Assembly: GCA_963799485.1 (NCBI GenBank) | Contig: CAWCXJ010000006.1 | Span: 288,001-352,000, forward strand | Direction of reading: 5' to 3' | Origin: an uncultured Trueperaceae bacterium | GTDB lineage: Bacteria; Deinococcota; Deinococci; Deinococcales; Trueperaceae | Length of the DNA stretch: 64,000 nucleotides | Part shown: one piece after another, positions 44,420-54,140 of the stretch | Layout of the letters: each line of letters starts with the position of its first letter | Numbering within the stretch: the first letter of the stretch is position 1 | Translations under genes and position numbers: made by a program | The notes under the pieces: generated by a model | Told to the model about the DNA's origin: nothing | What the model saw: only the letters and a program-made list of their open reading frames with translations | Databases searched by the model: none

Positions 44420-45232
44420 CTAGAGGGTTTCGTGGACGCCTTGAAGCGCAGCGACTTCAGGTAAAAGCGTCTCCTGGTCGAACCATCTCAGCTCATCGCG
44501 GAGGTTTACCACATCGCCGATGATGAGGGTCGCGGGCGCTTTGAGTCCGGCTTGTCTTACCACCGCCGCAATATTCTCAAGCGTCCCTGTCACCGTCTCC
44601 TGCTCCGAAGTCGTTCCCCAGCGCACCACCGCAGCGGGCGTAGCGGCGGCGCGACCACACGACAAGAGCGTTTCGGTAATCGCTTCGATGCGCCCGATGC
44701 CCATCAAAACAACGAGCGTGTCGATTTTAGAAAGTGCGTCCCAGTCGTGCGACGACGCACCCTTGTGCGGGTCTTCGTGTCCGGCAACGATGGCGACCGA
44801 CGCCGAGACGTGCCGGTGCGTCACCGGAATGCCGGCGTAGGCGGGCGCGGCGACCGCTGAACTGATACCGGGGACGACCTCGAAAGAAACTCCGGCCTGA
44901 CGAAGCTCGAGCGCCTCTTCACCGCCGCGCCCGAAGATAAAGGGGTCGCCGCCCTTAAGCCGCACGACCTGTTTGCCCGCGTGGGCTTTTTCGATCAGCA
45001 AGGCGTTGATATGTTCTTGAGGTACAGAAGGGTGTAAGCCTTCACCGTGTTTGCCGACGAAGACGAGTTCGGCGTCCGTGCGGCATTCCTTGAGCAGCAC
45101 CGGGTTGGCGAGCCGGTCGTAGGCGATAACATCCGCCTCGCGCAACAGCCGCAAACCCTTGACCGTTAGCAGGTCGGGGTCGCCGGGGCCAGCGCCGACG
45201 AGTGAGACAAAACCGGTTAGAGGTGGGTGCAT
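44420..45232 (-). CDS. cobA: Uroporphyrinogen-III C-methyltransferase
   Basis: LVGAGPGDPDLLT, RLKGGDPFIFGRGGEE, VPGISS. Confidence 0.96.
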   Translation of the reverse strand: MHPPLTGFVSLVGAGPGDPDLLTVKGLRLLREADVIAYDRLANPVLLKECRTDAELVFVGKHGEGLHPSVPQEHINALLIEKAHAGKQVVRLKGGDPFIFGRGGEEALELRQAGVSFEVVPGISSAVAAPAYAGIPVTHRHVSASVAIVAGHEDPHKGASSHDWDALSKIDTLVVLMGIGRIEAITETLLSCGRAAATPAAVVRWGTTSEQETVTGTLENIAAVVRQAGLKAPATLIIGDVVNLRDELRWFDQETLLPEVAALQGVHETL

Positions 45233-45320
45233 GGGGCTCCTCAGAGGTGAGGTCAAAGCCTCACCGGTAGCTATACGTTACGTTTAGTTGACAAAACACG
45301 TCAAGTACTTTCCCGACAGG

Positions 45321-46190
45321 TCAATTCGGTGCCGACTGCAGCTGAGGTTGCGTCCGGTAGTGTTCGGCGAGGGCGACAATCATCGCACCCATGCGTTCAT
45401 GCTCGGGTTGCACGATGTTTGTTACACCCGCACCGCGGAGTGCGGCGCTCGTCATATGACCGACCGAAACGGCCTGCACCGGTTTTTGAGTTACACCTGC
45501 AAAGGCGTCACGTAGCGCAGCAGCCCGACCAAAACGCTCGGCGACAGCGAAAAGATAGTTCACCTGCGTGTTTGAAGTAAACGCCACCGCGTCGAGCTGC
45601 CCGGAGAAGATTTCGTCCAAGAGTGTTTGTACCTCAGTATCTGAAGGGGGTTGGTAGCGGTACAGCGGGATTTCGTAGACCGACGCGCCTTTGGACTCGA
45701 GCCACTGCGTGAGCTCCGGCACCCGTTCGCCGTGGAGCTTGAAGGCAACTTTTGCCCCCGTAAAATTGTAGGGCTCGAGCTGCCGCCGTAGACCTTCGGT
45801 CGTCCCGTCGTCGTCTTGCACCACAGGTTTGAGTTCCAGCTCTTTCAGCGCTTTTACGGTCTTGTAACCACGTGCAGCAATTTTCGCTTGCTTCATCTGC
45901 CTCAGCAAATCGTGCTGACGCCCCAGCGACTCTGCTACCTTGACCATCGCCCGCGTGCCCATGCCCGTAACGAGCACGAGCCAGTCGCAGCCTTCGTCGC
46001 ACACTTTAAGGACGGCTGCAGTCGTTTCCGGGTCGTCTAAGGGCGCACTCCGCATCATCGGACGCGAGACGGCCTCGCCGCCCTGTTTGGCGACGAGCTT
46101 GTCAATGTCGTCAAAACGGCGGTCTCCGGCGATGGCAACGCGGCGGTTCATCAGCGGTTTAGTTGGGTTCGTAGGTGTGCTCCGGTTCAT
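45321..46190 (-). CDS. hemD: Uroporphyrinogen-III synthase (HemD-like)
   Basis: TGMG, ARGYKT, YRY, AVAFTS, SVGHMT; siroheme operon context. Confidence 0.85.
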   Translation of the reverse strand: MNRSTPTNPTKPLMNRRVAIAGDRRFDDIDKLVAKQGGEAVSRPMMRSAPLDDPETTAAVLKVCDEGCDWLVLVTGMGTRAMVKVAESLGRQHDLLRQMKQAKIAARGYKTVKALKELELKPVVQDDDGTTEGLRRQLEPYNFTGAKVAFKLHGERVPELTQWLESKGASVYEIPLYRYQPPSDTEVQTLLDEIFSGQLDAVAFTSNTQVNYLFAVAERFGRAAALRDAFAGVTQKPVQAVSVGHMTSAALRGAGVTNIVQPEHERMGAMIVALAEHYRTQPQLQSAPN

Positions 46191-46575
46191 GGTTGACCCC
46201 GGTCGGGGGCAGCCCCAAGCGCTCCGTCTCGAACTCTACGAATATCAAGCCCTCGACCTCTTTGACGGGGAAGGTCTCGAGCGTCCATTCGCCCTTTGCC
46301 GAGCCCCCGCCCAAATGCTCGCCCGTCCTGAGCGAAAAAGCATTTTTGTGGAGCGGACACGCGACTTTCGGTTCGCCCTGCGCGTCGCCGGTCAGCCCGC
46401 GCGAGAGCACCTGCCGCCGGTCGTGCGGGCACAGGTTCTGCGCCGCGTACCACTCGAGGGTTCCACCAGGTTTCTGCACCTTGAACAGCGCAATCTGCAC
46501 CCCGCCGAGCAGCACGCAGCCGCCCCCGTTTGTCGTTACGTCGTTTGTATTGGCTACCTGAATCCATGTCTTCAT
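46159..46575 (-). CDS. nirD: Nitrite reductase small subunit (Rieske-type)
   Basis: QIALF, QNLCPH, VLSRGLTGD, VACPLHK. Confidence 0.95.
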   Translation of the reverse strand: MKTWIQVANTNDVTTNGGGCVLLGGVQIALFKVQKPGGTLEWYAAQNLCPHDRRQVLSRGLTGDAQGEPKVACPLHKNAFSLRTGEHLGGGSAKGEWTLETFPVKEVEGLIFVEFETERLGLPPTGVNHEPEHTYEPN

Positions 46576-46600
46576 GCTCTCACCTTTTGCGGGTTCGCCT

Positions 46601-46690
46601 GTGCCGCAAAACACTGTGCCGCAAAACACTGTGCCGCAAAACACTGTGCCGTAAAAACCCATGCCACAAAAATCTGTGCCGTAAAATCCC
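46601..46690. repeat. Tandem repeat, 6 x 15 bp, between nirB and nirD
   Basis: (gtgccgcaaaacact)x3 gtgccgtaaaaaccc atgccacaaaaatct gtgccgtaaaatccc. Confidence 0.95.
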
Positions 46691-46708
46691 GCGCGCTAGA
46701 ACATGTCG

Positions 46709-49225
46709 TTAAATGGGCTGCGGCTGGTCGCGTACAGTTTCAAACTTTACGGCGGGGTCGGTTTCCGGTGAGTTGATAAACGGCGAAAACCGCTTGCGAA
46801 CTTCGGGGTCGTGCAGGGCGTTTTGCCATTCGCACGCGTAGGTGCCTACGACGTGCGCCATCTCCGCCTCGAGCTGCTGCGCAATGTTGAGCTTGTCTTC
46901 AACCACCACTTCGTAGACTTTTGCCAGCCCACCCGGAAGCTTGCCCAGCCAGGTGGCGGTGCGCTCGAGCCTGTCCGCCGTCCGCACGTAGTACATCAAA
47001 AAGCGGTCGATGGTGCGAATCAAGGTCTCTTTGTCCAAATCTCCGGCGAGCAACACCGCGTGCTGCGGCTTCATCCCGCCGTTGCCGCACACGTAGAGGT
47101 TCCAGCCCTTTTCGGTGGCGATGATGCCGACGTCTTTGCCTTGCGCCTCGGCGCACTCGCGCGCGCAGCCTGAGACGCCCATCTTGATTTTGTGCGGGGA
47201 GCGCAGCCCCTTGTACCGATTTTCGATTTCAATCGCTAAAGCCGTCGAATCCTGCACCCCGTAACGGCACCATGACAGGCCGACGCACGATTTTACGGTG
47301 CGCAACGACTTGGCGTAAGCGTGACCGGACTCGAGGCCGACTGCCGCCAGCTCCTCCCAGATGTCCGGCAAATCTTCACGCCGCGCTCCGAAGAGATCGA
47401 TACGCTGCCCACCCGTAATTTTGGTGTAGAGGTTGTAGCGCTGCGCCACCTGACCCATCGCCACGAGCTGCTCGGGTTTGATTTCGCCGCCGGGTACGCG
47501 CGGCACCACCGAATACGAGCCGTTTTTCTGGATGTTTGCCATAAACGCGTCGTTGGTGTCTTGAATCGTCGGGAGTTCCGTCACCGGGTCGTTGTGGACG
47601 CTCGCCAAAACCGAAGCGACGGCAGGTTTGCACACTTCGCAGCCCAAGCCCTGACCGTGCGTTTCCAGCAAACTTTCAAAGGTGCGGACGCCGGTCGTCT
47701 GGACGATTTCAAAAAGTTCCTGGCGGGTATAGGCGAAGTGTTCACACAGCGAACGGTCTACCGCGACGCCCAAGCGGGTTAGCTCGAGTTCCAGCACATC
47801 TTTGACGAGCGGTACGCACGAGCCGCAACAGGTTCCGGCTTTGGTGCAGCTTTTGAGCCCCGCCACGTCCTGTACGCCGTCCTGCACCGCTAAAGCGAGC
47901 GTCCCTTTCGAGACGTTTTCGCATGAGCAAATCGTCGCCGTATCCGGTAGCGCCGCGACGCCCGCGCCCACCGCTTCACCCGTTTGGGCGACGAGCAAGC
48001 TTTCCGGCGCGTCGGGCAGGGGCAGTTTGTTGAGATAAAGCTGGAGCAGGTTGCTGTAGTCGCTCGCGTCGCCGACCAGCACCGCGCCCCGTAACGTATT
48101 GTCCGGGCCGACCAGAAGCTTTTTGTAGGTTCCGGCTCGAGCGTTCATGACGAGCGTTTCCTCGAGGGTCTCGTCGTCCGAAACCGCGTCGCCAATCGAG
48201 GCCACGTCTACGCCCTGAAGCTTGAGTTTGGTAGACATATCGGCCCCGGTAAAGGTTGCGTCTCGGCCCAGCAAACCTTCGACGAGCGCCTCCGCCATCC
48301 GGTAGCCGGGTGCGACGAGCCCGTAGGTGAGGCCGCCGACATGGGCGCATTCGCCGACGGCGTAGATGTCGGGGTCGGAGGTCTGAAGATACGCGTCCAC
48401 GGTGACCCCGCCGCGTGAACCGACCGCGAGCCCCGCCGCTCTCGCCAACTCGTCACGCGGCGCAATCCCTGCCGAAATCAGCACCAAATCCGTATTCAGC
48501 GTTTCGCCGTCTTCAAAGGTAAGCCCCGTAACTTTTTCTGCGCCTGACATCTCCCGAGTCCGTTTACCGAGGTGAATGTGTAAGCCTAGAGCCTCGAGTT
48601 TTTTCTTCACTAGCAGTGCACCTTTGTCGTCGAGCTGACGCGGCATCAGTCGGGAAGATGACTGCACGACGTGGGTCTCGAGCCCCATATCGTGGAGGGC
48701 TTTAGCAGCCTCGAGCCCCAGCAACCCGCCGCCAATCACCGTAGCCGTGCGGCACGTTTTGCTGTGAGCAATAAGCGCGTCCAAATCTTCAATGGTTCGG
48801 TAGACGAACACCCCGGCTTTATCCACGCCCGGAACCGGCGGGACGAAGGCCGCCGAACCCGTTGCCAGGACAAGTTTATCGTAAGAGAGCGTTTTTCCCT
48901 GCCGGGTCGTGACGGCTTTGGCTTTACGGTCAATCGCACTTACCCCGTCACCTAAATGCAGCGTCACACCGTTTTCTTCAAACCAGGCGAGGGGAGAAAG
49001 CTCGAGCGCTCCCGCATCCTGCGCCGTAAAATACCGGTTCAGGTTTACCCGGTCGTAAGCGTGGCGCGGTTCTTCGGCAAACGCGGTGACGTGATAGCGC
49101 CCTTCGGTATCCCCGGCAGCGAGCGCAGTCAGGACTTTTTGCCCGACCATCCCGTTACCGACAACGATTAATTTTTGCTGTTCGGGAGGCTGTGCCTGAA
49201 CCTCGGGGCGATAGTCTAAACTCAT
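46709..49225 (-). CDS. nirB: NAD(P)H nitrite reductase large subunit
   Basis: GNGMVG, GGGLLGLE, CSC...GTCCGSC, KITGGQRI, VKSCVG..WC, SGCARECAE. Confidence 0.98.
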   Translation of the reverse strand: MSLDYRPEVQAQPPEQQKLIVVGNGMVGQKVLTALAAGDTEGRYHVTAFAEEPRHAYDRVNLNRYFTAQDAGALELSPLAWFEENGVTLHLGDGVSAIDRKAKAVTTRQGKTLSYDKLVLATGSAAFVPPVPGVDKAGVFVYRTIEDLDALIAHSKTCRTATVIGGGLLGLEAAKALHDMGLETHVVQSSSRLMPRQLDDKGALLVKKKLEALGLHIHLGKRTREMSGAEKVTGLTFEDGETLNTDLVLISAGIAPRDELARAAGLAVGSRGGVTVDAYLQTSDPDIYAVGECAHVGGLTYGLVAPGYRMAEALVEGLLGRDATFTGADMSTKLKLQGVDVASIGDAVSDDETLEETLVMNARAGTYKKLLVGPDNTLRGAVLVGDASDYSNLLQLYLNKLPLPDAPESLLVAQTGEAVGAGVAALPDTATICSCENVSKGTLALAVQDGVQDVAGLKSCTKAGTCCGSCVPLVKDVLELELTRLGVAVDRSLCEHFAYTRQELFEIVQTTGVRTFESLLETHGQGLGCEVCKPAVASVLASVHNDPVTELPTIQDTNDAFMANIQKNGSYSVVPRVPGGEIKPEQLVAMGQVAQRYNLYTKITGGQRIDLFGARREDLPDIWEELAAVGLESGHAYAKSLRTVKSCVGLSWCRYGVQDSTALAIEIENRYKGLRSPHKIKMGVSGCARECAEAQGKDVGIIATEKGWNLYVCGNGGMKPQHAVLLAGDLDKETLIRTIDRFLMYYVRTADRLERTATWLGKLPGGLAKVYEVVVEDKLNIAQQLEAEMAHVVGTYACEWQNALHDPEVRKRFSPFINSPETDPAVKFETVRDQPQPI

Positions 49226-49318
49226 GTGAACTCCTACAAAAGAACAGTTGAAAGGCGTTAGGCTACGGCGTTCTCGAGACCCCATAGCCTGAAAATTGGT
49301 GCTGCAGATTAGTGCTGC

Positions 49319-50665
49319 CTAGTCTCCGGCGGCGAACTCGCCCGACCCGGCTAAGCGGGCGTTGGTTTCCTCGCGCGCCACCTTTTCATCGGCTTCAGAA
49401 AACCTCACTGCAAACGCGACAAAGGCGATAATGGTCACGGAAATCCCTAAAATCAGATACGACTGGCTGTAAAACGCGGTGTCGCGGCGGAACAAGAACC
49501 CGGCGACCATCGCACCGAAGTTGCCGCCCGCCCCGACGATGCCCGCGACCGCCCCGAGCGAACGCTTGTTGATATACGGCACGATGGCAAACGTCGCGCC
49601 CTCGGACATCTGCACGAACAGGCTAAAGACGATAAGCGCAGGAATGGCAATCGCGAGCGCCGGGAGCTGTGAAAAGAACATCAGCGCCAGACCTTCTAAA
49701 AAGACGCAGGCGAAGAGAAAGCGCACGCGGTTTTTAAGGCCGCCGGTTTTGTTGAGCTGGTCGCTAAAAATCCCGCCGAGTGAGCGCGCAAAGAGGTTCA
49801 TCAGCCCGAACAAGCTGGCGACGATACCAGCAGTTGTCAAGCTGAGGCCGTAGCGGTCGAAGAAGTAGAGCGCGGCAGTGCCGTTGATGGTCAGCTCGAT
49901 GCCGAAACACGCGGCGTAGATAAAAAACAGGGCAATAACCCTGGAGTCTTTGACGGCCTCTTGAAAGGTGCCTCTCGAGGCTTTCGCTTCAGGCATTTCC
50001 CCTTTGGCCCGCAGCTCTTTATAGTTTCCATCCGGCGCGTCCTGGGTAGCGAAGTAGTACAAAATCCCGGTTAAAAAGAGCAACACACCCGGAATCACCA
50101 TCGCCACGCGCCAACCGAGCAGCGCCGGGGTACCGAAGGTTACGACCGCTGCGAGAATCAGCGGCATCACCGCCTGCGTCACGCCGCCGCCCAAATTGCC
50201 CCAACCCGCCGTCGTCGCGTTTGCCGTCCCGACGATATTCGGCGCGAACATCACCGAGGTGTGGTACTGCGTAATCACGAACGACGCGCCGATAACGCCG
50301 ATCAGCACCCGGAAGATGATGAACTGTGTTTCGTTTTGCGACAACCCGATCAGCATGACCGGGAGCGAGCCCAAAAGCAGCAGCCAGGTATAGGCGATGC
50401 GCGCCCCGAAGCGGTCGCAAAGCGGCCCAACCGCTAAGCGCGCCAAAATCGTCAGCGAAACCGCCGCGATAATCGAATTGCCGACCTGTGCGGGGGTAAG
50501 GCCCAAGTCGGCGATCACGCCGTTGTCCCCTTTCATCAGCGGGACGATGCCGAACCAGCCGAAAAAGCAGAGGAAAAAGGCAAACCAGCTCATGTGAAAC
50601 GCGCGCATCTGCGGCGTGCCGAGGCTGAACAAGTTGATACGGGTGGCTTTGTTCTTGAAATCCAT
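49319..50665 (-). CDS. Nitrate/nitrite MFS transporter (NarK/NRT2 family)
   Basis: ANATTAGWGNLGGG, ARSLGG, GIVGAGGNFG. Confidence 0.95.
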   Translation of the reverse strand: MDFKNKATRINLFSLGTPQMRAFHMSWFAFFLCFFGWFGIVPLMKGDNGVIADLGLTPAQVGNSIIAAVSLTILARLAVGPLCDRFGARIAYTWLLLLGSLPVMLIGLSQNETQFIIFRVLIGVIGASFVITQYHTSVMFAPNIVGTANATTAGWGNLGGGVTQAVMPLILAAVVTFGTPALLGWRVAMVIPGVLLFLTGILYYFATQDAPDGNYKELRAKGEMPEAKASRGTFQEAVKDSRVIALFFIYAACFGIELTINGTAALYFFDRYGLSLTTAGIVASLFGLMNLFARSLGGIFSDQLNKTGGLKNRVRFLFACVFLEGLALMFFSQLPALAIAIPALIVFSLFVQMSEGATFAIVPYINKRSLGAVAGIVGAGGNFGAMVAGFLFRRDTAFYSQSYLILGISVTIIAFVAFAVRFSEADEKVAREETNARLAGSGEFAAGD

Positions 50666-50778
50666 TTCAGGCTCCTTATAAAAATAGACCGGCTTAAGAA
50701 TTTATGCGTGTTCGGGTAACGGACGGACGTAAACAGCGGCTAGGCCATCGGCGTACTCCTTTGTTGTCGGGCAGCAGT

Positions 50779-52935
50779 TTAGATAATAGCGGGGGTATGG
50801 GGTTCGTCGGCGCTGACAATCGGCGATAGGGCGGCGGCGCAAACCTTAAACTCGGGCATCTGACAGTGCGGGTCTAAGGCGTCGCTGGTGAGCTGATTGA
50901 CAATCGCCCAGTGAATCGGCAAAAAGAGCGTGTCGGCGCGAATTTTTTCGCTGAGTTTGACGCGGAAGACCGCGTGGCTGCGGCGCGTCGTAACGCGGGC
51001 AAGGTGGCCCTCGGCGAGGCCGTACGCCCGGGCTGCGTCCGGGTGCAGCTCCAAAACCGGCTCCGGCGCTTTGCTCCGTAAAAGCTTCGTGCGGCGCGTG
51101 TGGTTAGCCGTAAGGTAGTGAAAACGCACGCGCCCGGTAGTAAGCTGAAACGGATAGGTTTCGTCCGGGACTTCAGCGGGCGGACGCACGGGAACGGCGT
51201 GAAAACGGGCGCGCCCGTCCGGATACCCGAAACGCACCTCGAAGGGGCGCGGCGTACCGGGGTGCGTTTCACTGGGGCAGGGCCAAAAGAGCGCTTCGCC
51301 GTCCCGGAGCCGCCCGTAAGTAATCCCGGCATAGTCGGCTTTGGCTCCGGCGGTGGCGCGGCGCAGTTCGTTAAACACCTCTTCAGAGGTCTCGAAAGCA
51401 AAATGCTTGCCCGCGCCGAGACGGGCAGCTAAAGCTTGAATAATTTCAAAGTCGCGGCGGGCACCGTCAGGAGGGCGGCGCAGGGCGTGACGGAGCAGCA
51501 CCCGGCCCTCCAGGTTTGTGGTCGTCCCCGACTCCTCAGCCCAGAGCGACCCCGGCAACACGACGTGCGCCAGCTGCGCGGTTTCGGACATAAACGAATC
51601 GACGACGACGAGGTGTTCTAAGGTCTCGAGATGCTCCCGAACTGCCCCGGCGTTGGGGCTGCTGGCGACCGGGTTCGACCCGAGCACGAACATCCCGCGC
51701 ACGTCGCCGCGTCCGGCGGCTTGCAACAGCTCATAGGCGGACATTCCCGGCCCCGGCAGGTCACGTTCGTCAATCCCCCAGACCGCTGCAATCGCCGCCC
51801 GGTCTCCTGGGTCGGTGATGCTCCGGTAGCCGGGGAGCTGATCGGCTTTCATCCCGTGTTCGCGTCCGCCCTGCCCGTTGGCCTGCCCGGTCAACGTGCC
51901 GTAACCGCCCCCGAGGGCGAGAGCGAGGTTCGTCCAGGCGAGGGTGGTTTCGACGCCGCGCGAGTTCTGGTCGTTGCCGCGCCCGGTGGTGATGAGGGGG
52001 TTTTTGGCGTCAGCGAGAAGAGTTGCGGCGGCTTCCAAGTCTTCGAGTGTAATCCCGGCGGTTTCGGCAAGCTGCTCCAAGCTCGCTCCCTCGAGCGATT
52101 CAACAACTGCCTTAAACCCCGATGTGCGCGCCGCGATAAAGTCCGGGTCGTGCCGGTTGTGGTCTAAAACCCACTTGAGCAGGCCGCTGGCGAGCGCGAG
52201 GTCGCCGCCCGGTTTCACGCTCAGGTGCAGCGCCGCCAAATTCGCCGTAATCGTGCGGCGCGGATCGACGACGATAAACTTCGTTCCCGCCGCCTTCGCG
52301 TCCATGAGGTGGTTCATCATGATGGGCAGACACTCGGCGACGTTCCCGCCGATGATAAGCATCAGGTCGTGGTTTTCAATGTCTTCAAAAGTCATGTTCA
52401 GTCCACGGTCGAGGCCGAACGCCTTGTTTGCGGCGGTAGCAGCAGCCGACATACAGTAACGCCCGTTGTAGTCCACGTTAGGGGTTTGCAGTGCGACCCT
52501 GGCGAATTTGCCGATGAGATAGGTTTTTTCGTTCGTAATCGATGCACCCGAATAAACAGCGTTTGCGGCGGGGCCGTGCGCCGTGCGAGTCTTGTCGAAA
52601 CCCGCCGCCGCGTAGGTCAGGGCCGCCTCCCACGTCGTCGCAACGAGTTCGCCTTCCACGCGAATGAGGGGCTGCGTGAGACGTTCACCGTGGTTTAAGA
52701 GCCCCGCGCTGCTCTGACCGAGGACGCAGAGCTTGCCCCGGTTGATAGGGTGGGCCGTCCCTTTGGCGTGGGCGGTGCCGAGCGGGGTTTCGGAGAGTTC
52801 CATCGCGCAGCCCACAGCGCAGTACGAGCAGTGGGTGGCGGCTTTGCGCGGTTCCAAATCAAGTTCTAAATCTAATGGGCGTGGTTCTGAAGAATGTGGT
52901 TCTAAAGAATGGGGTATGGGGGACGCTCGAGACAT
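50779..52935 (-). CDS. nasA: Assimilatory nitrate reductase catalytic subunit (Mo-bis-MGD, 4Fe-4S)
   Basis: CSYCAVGC...KLC, DYNGRYCM, LTGQANGQGGRE, LTTGR, PEFKVC. Confidence 0.93.
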   Translation of the reverse strand: MSRASPIPHSLEPHSSEPRPLDLELDLEPRKAATHCSYCAVGCAMELSETPLGTAHAKGTAHPINRGKLCVLGQSSAGLLNHGERLTQPLIRVEGELVATTWEAALTYAAAGFDKTRTAHGPAANAVYSGASITNEKTYLIGKFARVALQTPNVDYNGRYCMSAAATAANKAFGLDRGLNMTFEDIENHDLMLIIGGNVAECLPIMMNHLMDAKAAGTKFIVVDPRRTITANLAALHLSVKPGGDLALASGLLKWVLDHNRHDPDFIAARTSGFKAVVESLEGASLEQLAETAGITLEDLEAAATLLADAKNPLITTGRGNDQNSRGVETTLAWTNLALALGGGYGTLTGQANGQGGREHGMKADQLPGYRSITDPGDRAAIAAVWGIDERDLPGPGMSAYELLQAAGRGDVRGMFVLGSNPVASSPNAGAVREHLETLEHLVVVDSFMSETAQLAHVVLPGSLWAEESGTTTNLEGRVLLRHALRRPPDGARRDFEIIQALAARLGAGKHFAFETSEEVFNELRRATAGAKADYAGITYGRLRDGEALFWPCPSETHPGTPRPFEVRFGYPDGRARFHAVPVRPPAEVPDETYPFQLTTGRVRFHYLTANHTRRTKLLRSKAPEPVLELHPDAARAYGLAEGHLARVTTRRSHAVFRVKLSEKIRADTLFLPIHWAIVNQLTSDALDPHCQMPEFKVCAAALSPIVSADEPHTPAII

Positions 52936-53045
52936 GCGTTCCTCCTTCTGGTTACAAATGGGGTACCAGCGTTTGCGGGGTAACGTAATCTTTTGGGTGT
53001 CGGGAGAGGCCGTAATCTCGCCTGTGCTTAGGTTATAGCAATATA

Positions 53046-53081
53046 TTGCAATTTGTCAACGGTAAGTTTGACAAATTGCAA
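53046..53081. promoter_or_regulatory. Perfect 14-bp inverted repeat upstream of the nitrate operon
   Basis: ttgcaatttgtcaa-cggtaagt-ttgacaaattgcaa in an AT-rich region. Confidence 0.7.
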
Positions 53082-53243
53082 AACCAGTTAGACGAGTATG
53101 CTAGTTTTCGGTAGTATAGTGCAAACTGTAATGAAAAATAGTTACATCCTGCCAAATCAATTGCGACACTTTACATGCCAAATGAACCGCTCGCAGGTAG
53201 CGTTTCCGAGTTTTGCAAAGGTTTTGGAGAAAATTTGGCTAGT

Positions 53244-53909
53244 TTAAGCTAACTTGACCCAGTAAGCGACGACGACGCCTATGGGCTCGAGCCCATCTGG
53301 TTGCGGCCTCATCACCGCGCCGTTCTCAGGGCCAAACCGGTGTAACTCAGAGCTGCCTAGAGTGTCGCTCAGCAAAACCCGGCAGGTCTGTCCGGCGTGT
53401 TGGGTAAGTGCCACCCCTACGTCGTTTTCTTGCGGTGTTTGTGCTTTGTTAAAGATGATAAGCGTCCCGGTGTTCAAGCGGTGACGCAAACTTTCGCTGG
53501 AAAAATCAGAAAGAGCAACGGCGAAAGCGCACAGCGCTGCGCTGCTAAGACTACCCAGCAGCGTTTGGGGAACAGACACCGGCGGGAGGCCGGGCTCGAG
53601 GCGCTCGACCTGAACCGGGTCATCATTGCTGTGTTCGGTCGCCTTGTCCGGATAAGTGGCAATCAAACCGTAAAACGCGCCGCTCGGCAGTTGTAGCAGG
53701 GCGCGGAGGGTCTCGAGGCGCTCGAACGAGAGCTGCGAGACGCTGTAGTCGTCCGCTTCGATTTTTTGCACGAGCGACGGACTTACCCCCCACAACTCGG
53801 CAAACTCCCGCTGCGTCACCCCCTGATAGGCACGCCAGCGCTTCACCCAGTAGCAGAAGGTGCTGCTACCCGGCGGGGGAGTGGTGCGGCGTAGGGTCGT
53901 GCGGGCCAT
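53244..53909 (-). CDS. XRE-family HTH regulator with an unassigned (possibly degenerate S24-like) C-terminal domain
   Basis: VKRWRAYQGVTQREFAELWGVSPSLVQKIE; C-terminal PIGVVV. Confidence 0.8.
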   Translation of the reverse strand: MARTTLRRTTPPPGSSTFCYWVKRWRAYQGVTQREFAELWGVSPSLVQKIEADDYSVSQLSFERLETLRALLQLPSGAFYGLIATYPDKATEHSNDDPVQVERLEPGLPPVSVPQTLLGSLSSAALCAFAVALSDFSSESLRHRLNTGTLIIFNKAQTPQENDVGVALTQHAGQTCRVLLSDTLGSSELHRFGPENGAVMRPQPDGLEPIGVVVAYWVKLA

Positions 53910-54140
53910 TGCGAGCGGTCTTTGGCTCCAGCCTAACGTATAAGGCAACAGTGCCGCAACTCAGTCAGCTTGCGCCGAATCCGGAACCGAGTTATGACTG
54001 GCGCTGGATTTTGAGAAAGGCCCGCCACCCTGCACGGTGGGCTGGCGCATCTTTGAAAACCTCTGAAATGTGCTTTCTCCCTATACCGGTTGCGCGCTTT
54101 TTTGTCATGATGTAGCAATGAATAGGGGCCGGTCGACATC

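Noticed and set aside
45321..46190. NnaR-type nitrate regulator
   Set aside because: HemD fold only, with no C-terminal OmpR DNA-binding domain
45940..46776. 278-aa plus-strand ORF containing (CAAKH)n
   Set aside because: Antisense to hemD/nirD; the peptide repeat is only the DNA tandem repeat, and CAAKH is not a CxxCH heme motif
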